From contig NW_005434601.1 in the NCBI RefSeq assembly GCF_000315625.1, forward strand, positions 1-47,856: 47,856 bases of DNA, in the 5' to 3' direction. Source of the DNA: Guillardia theta CCMP2712. Lineage: Eukaryota > Protista > Cryptophyta. Shown here one piece after another: positions 47,501 through 47,856 of this stretch. Position 1 is the stretch's first letter, and each line of letters begins with the position of its first letter. A program made the position numbers and the translations under genes. Under the pieces are notes generated by a model, which worked only from the letters and a program-made list of their open reading frames with translations, had not been told where the DNA came from and searched no databases.

Positions 47501-47635
47501 GTCAGGGTCTCCCTGCTCTGCCCTCCTCCTGTACCACTCGAATCTGTCCACGTCGTTCTCCGGCTCCTGGTGGCCGTGCGTCAGAGCAGCAGCGACATGC
47601 AAGCAAGTGCTGCCTGTGCCGCGAGATCCGCCATG
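44560..47635 (-). CDS. Multi-exon SEL1-repeat protein; the downstream exons (44560-46335) may belong to the same gene
   Basis: FEWYRRRAEQGDPDAQ / YNLGTCYDEGRGVDKNDGEAFKWFARAAEQGDADAQFSLGVCYHEG are SEL1 repeats; 3' extent inferred. Confidence 0.65.
45305..45810. repeat. GA-rich minisatellite (gaggaggagcaagtagatagagaggta), probably intronic
   Basis: Degenerate ~27-30 bp tandem units. Confidence 0.9.
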
Positions 47636-47668
47636 GCCGCAGGAGCTGCTGCCGGAGCTCCTCCTCCC

Positions 47669-47700
<32 letters not shown>

Positions 47701-47856
47701 TCCTCCTCCTCCCTCCTCCCCCGCCGCCGCCTCCTCCTCGACCTCCAGCCGAATCACAAATGGCACTAAGACTGAACAGTAGATATACTATTTTTCCGTC
47801 CTGGTCGATCGAATATAACATGAAGAAGAAAGGAGAAGGGAAATAGCAGGAGGAGG

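Overview
Left end of a eukaryotic chromosome with plant-type telomere (CCCTAAA)n. Short introns, GA-rich minisatellites and a CryptonS-like element suggest an algal or protist genome, possibly a cryptophyte such as Guillardia (inference). Bases ~823-19450 are a head-to-tail array of a telomere-repeat-targeted, non-LTR-like element: five family A copies, one divergent family B copy and two 5' remnants. Every copy lies on the minus strand with its 3' end toward the chromosome tip and sits between short telomeric tracts. The full-length unit has a 5' array of 19-20 bp monomers, one ~710 aa ORF with RRM-like folds but no recognisable RT or endonuclease, a structured 3' UTR, AATAAA and a (TAA)n or (CTA)n tail. 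One copy carries a 2 kb TIR DNA transposon. Next come a 3'-truncated Ty1/copia LTR element inserted in a 1.73 kb tandem repeat and a decayed Crypton-type tyrosine recombinase. Host genes follow: a CPA2 K+/H+ antiporter, tRNA-Ala(CGC), a CRAL-TRIO protein and a SEL1-repeat protein.
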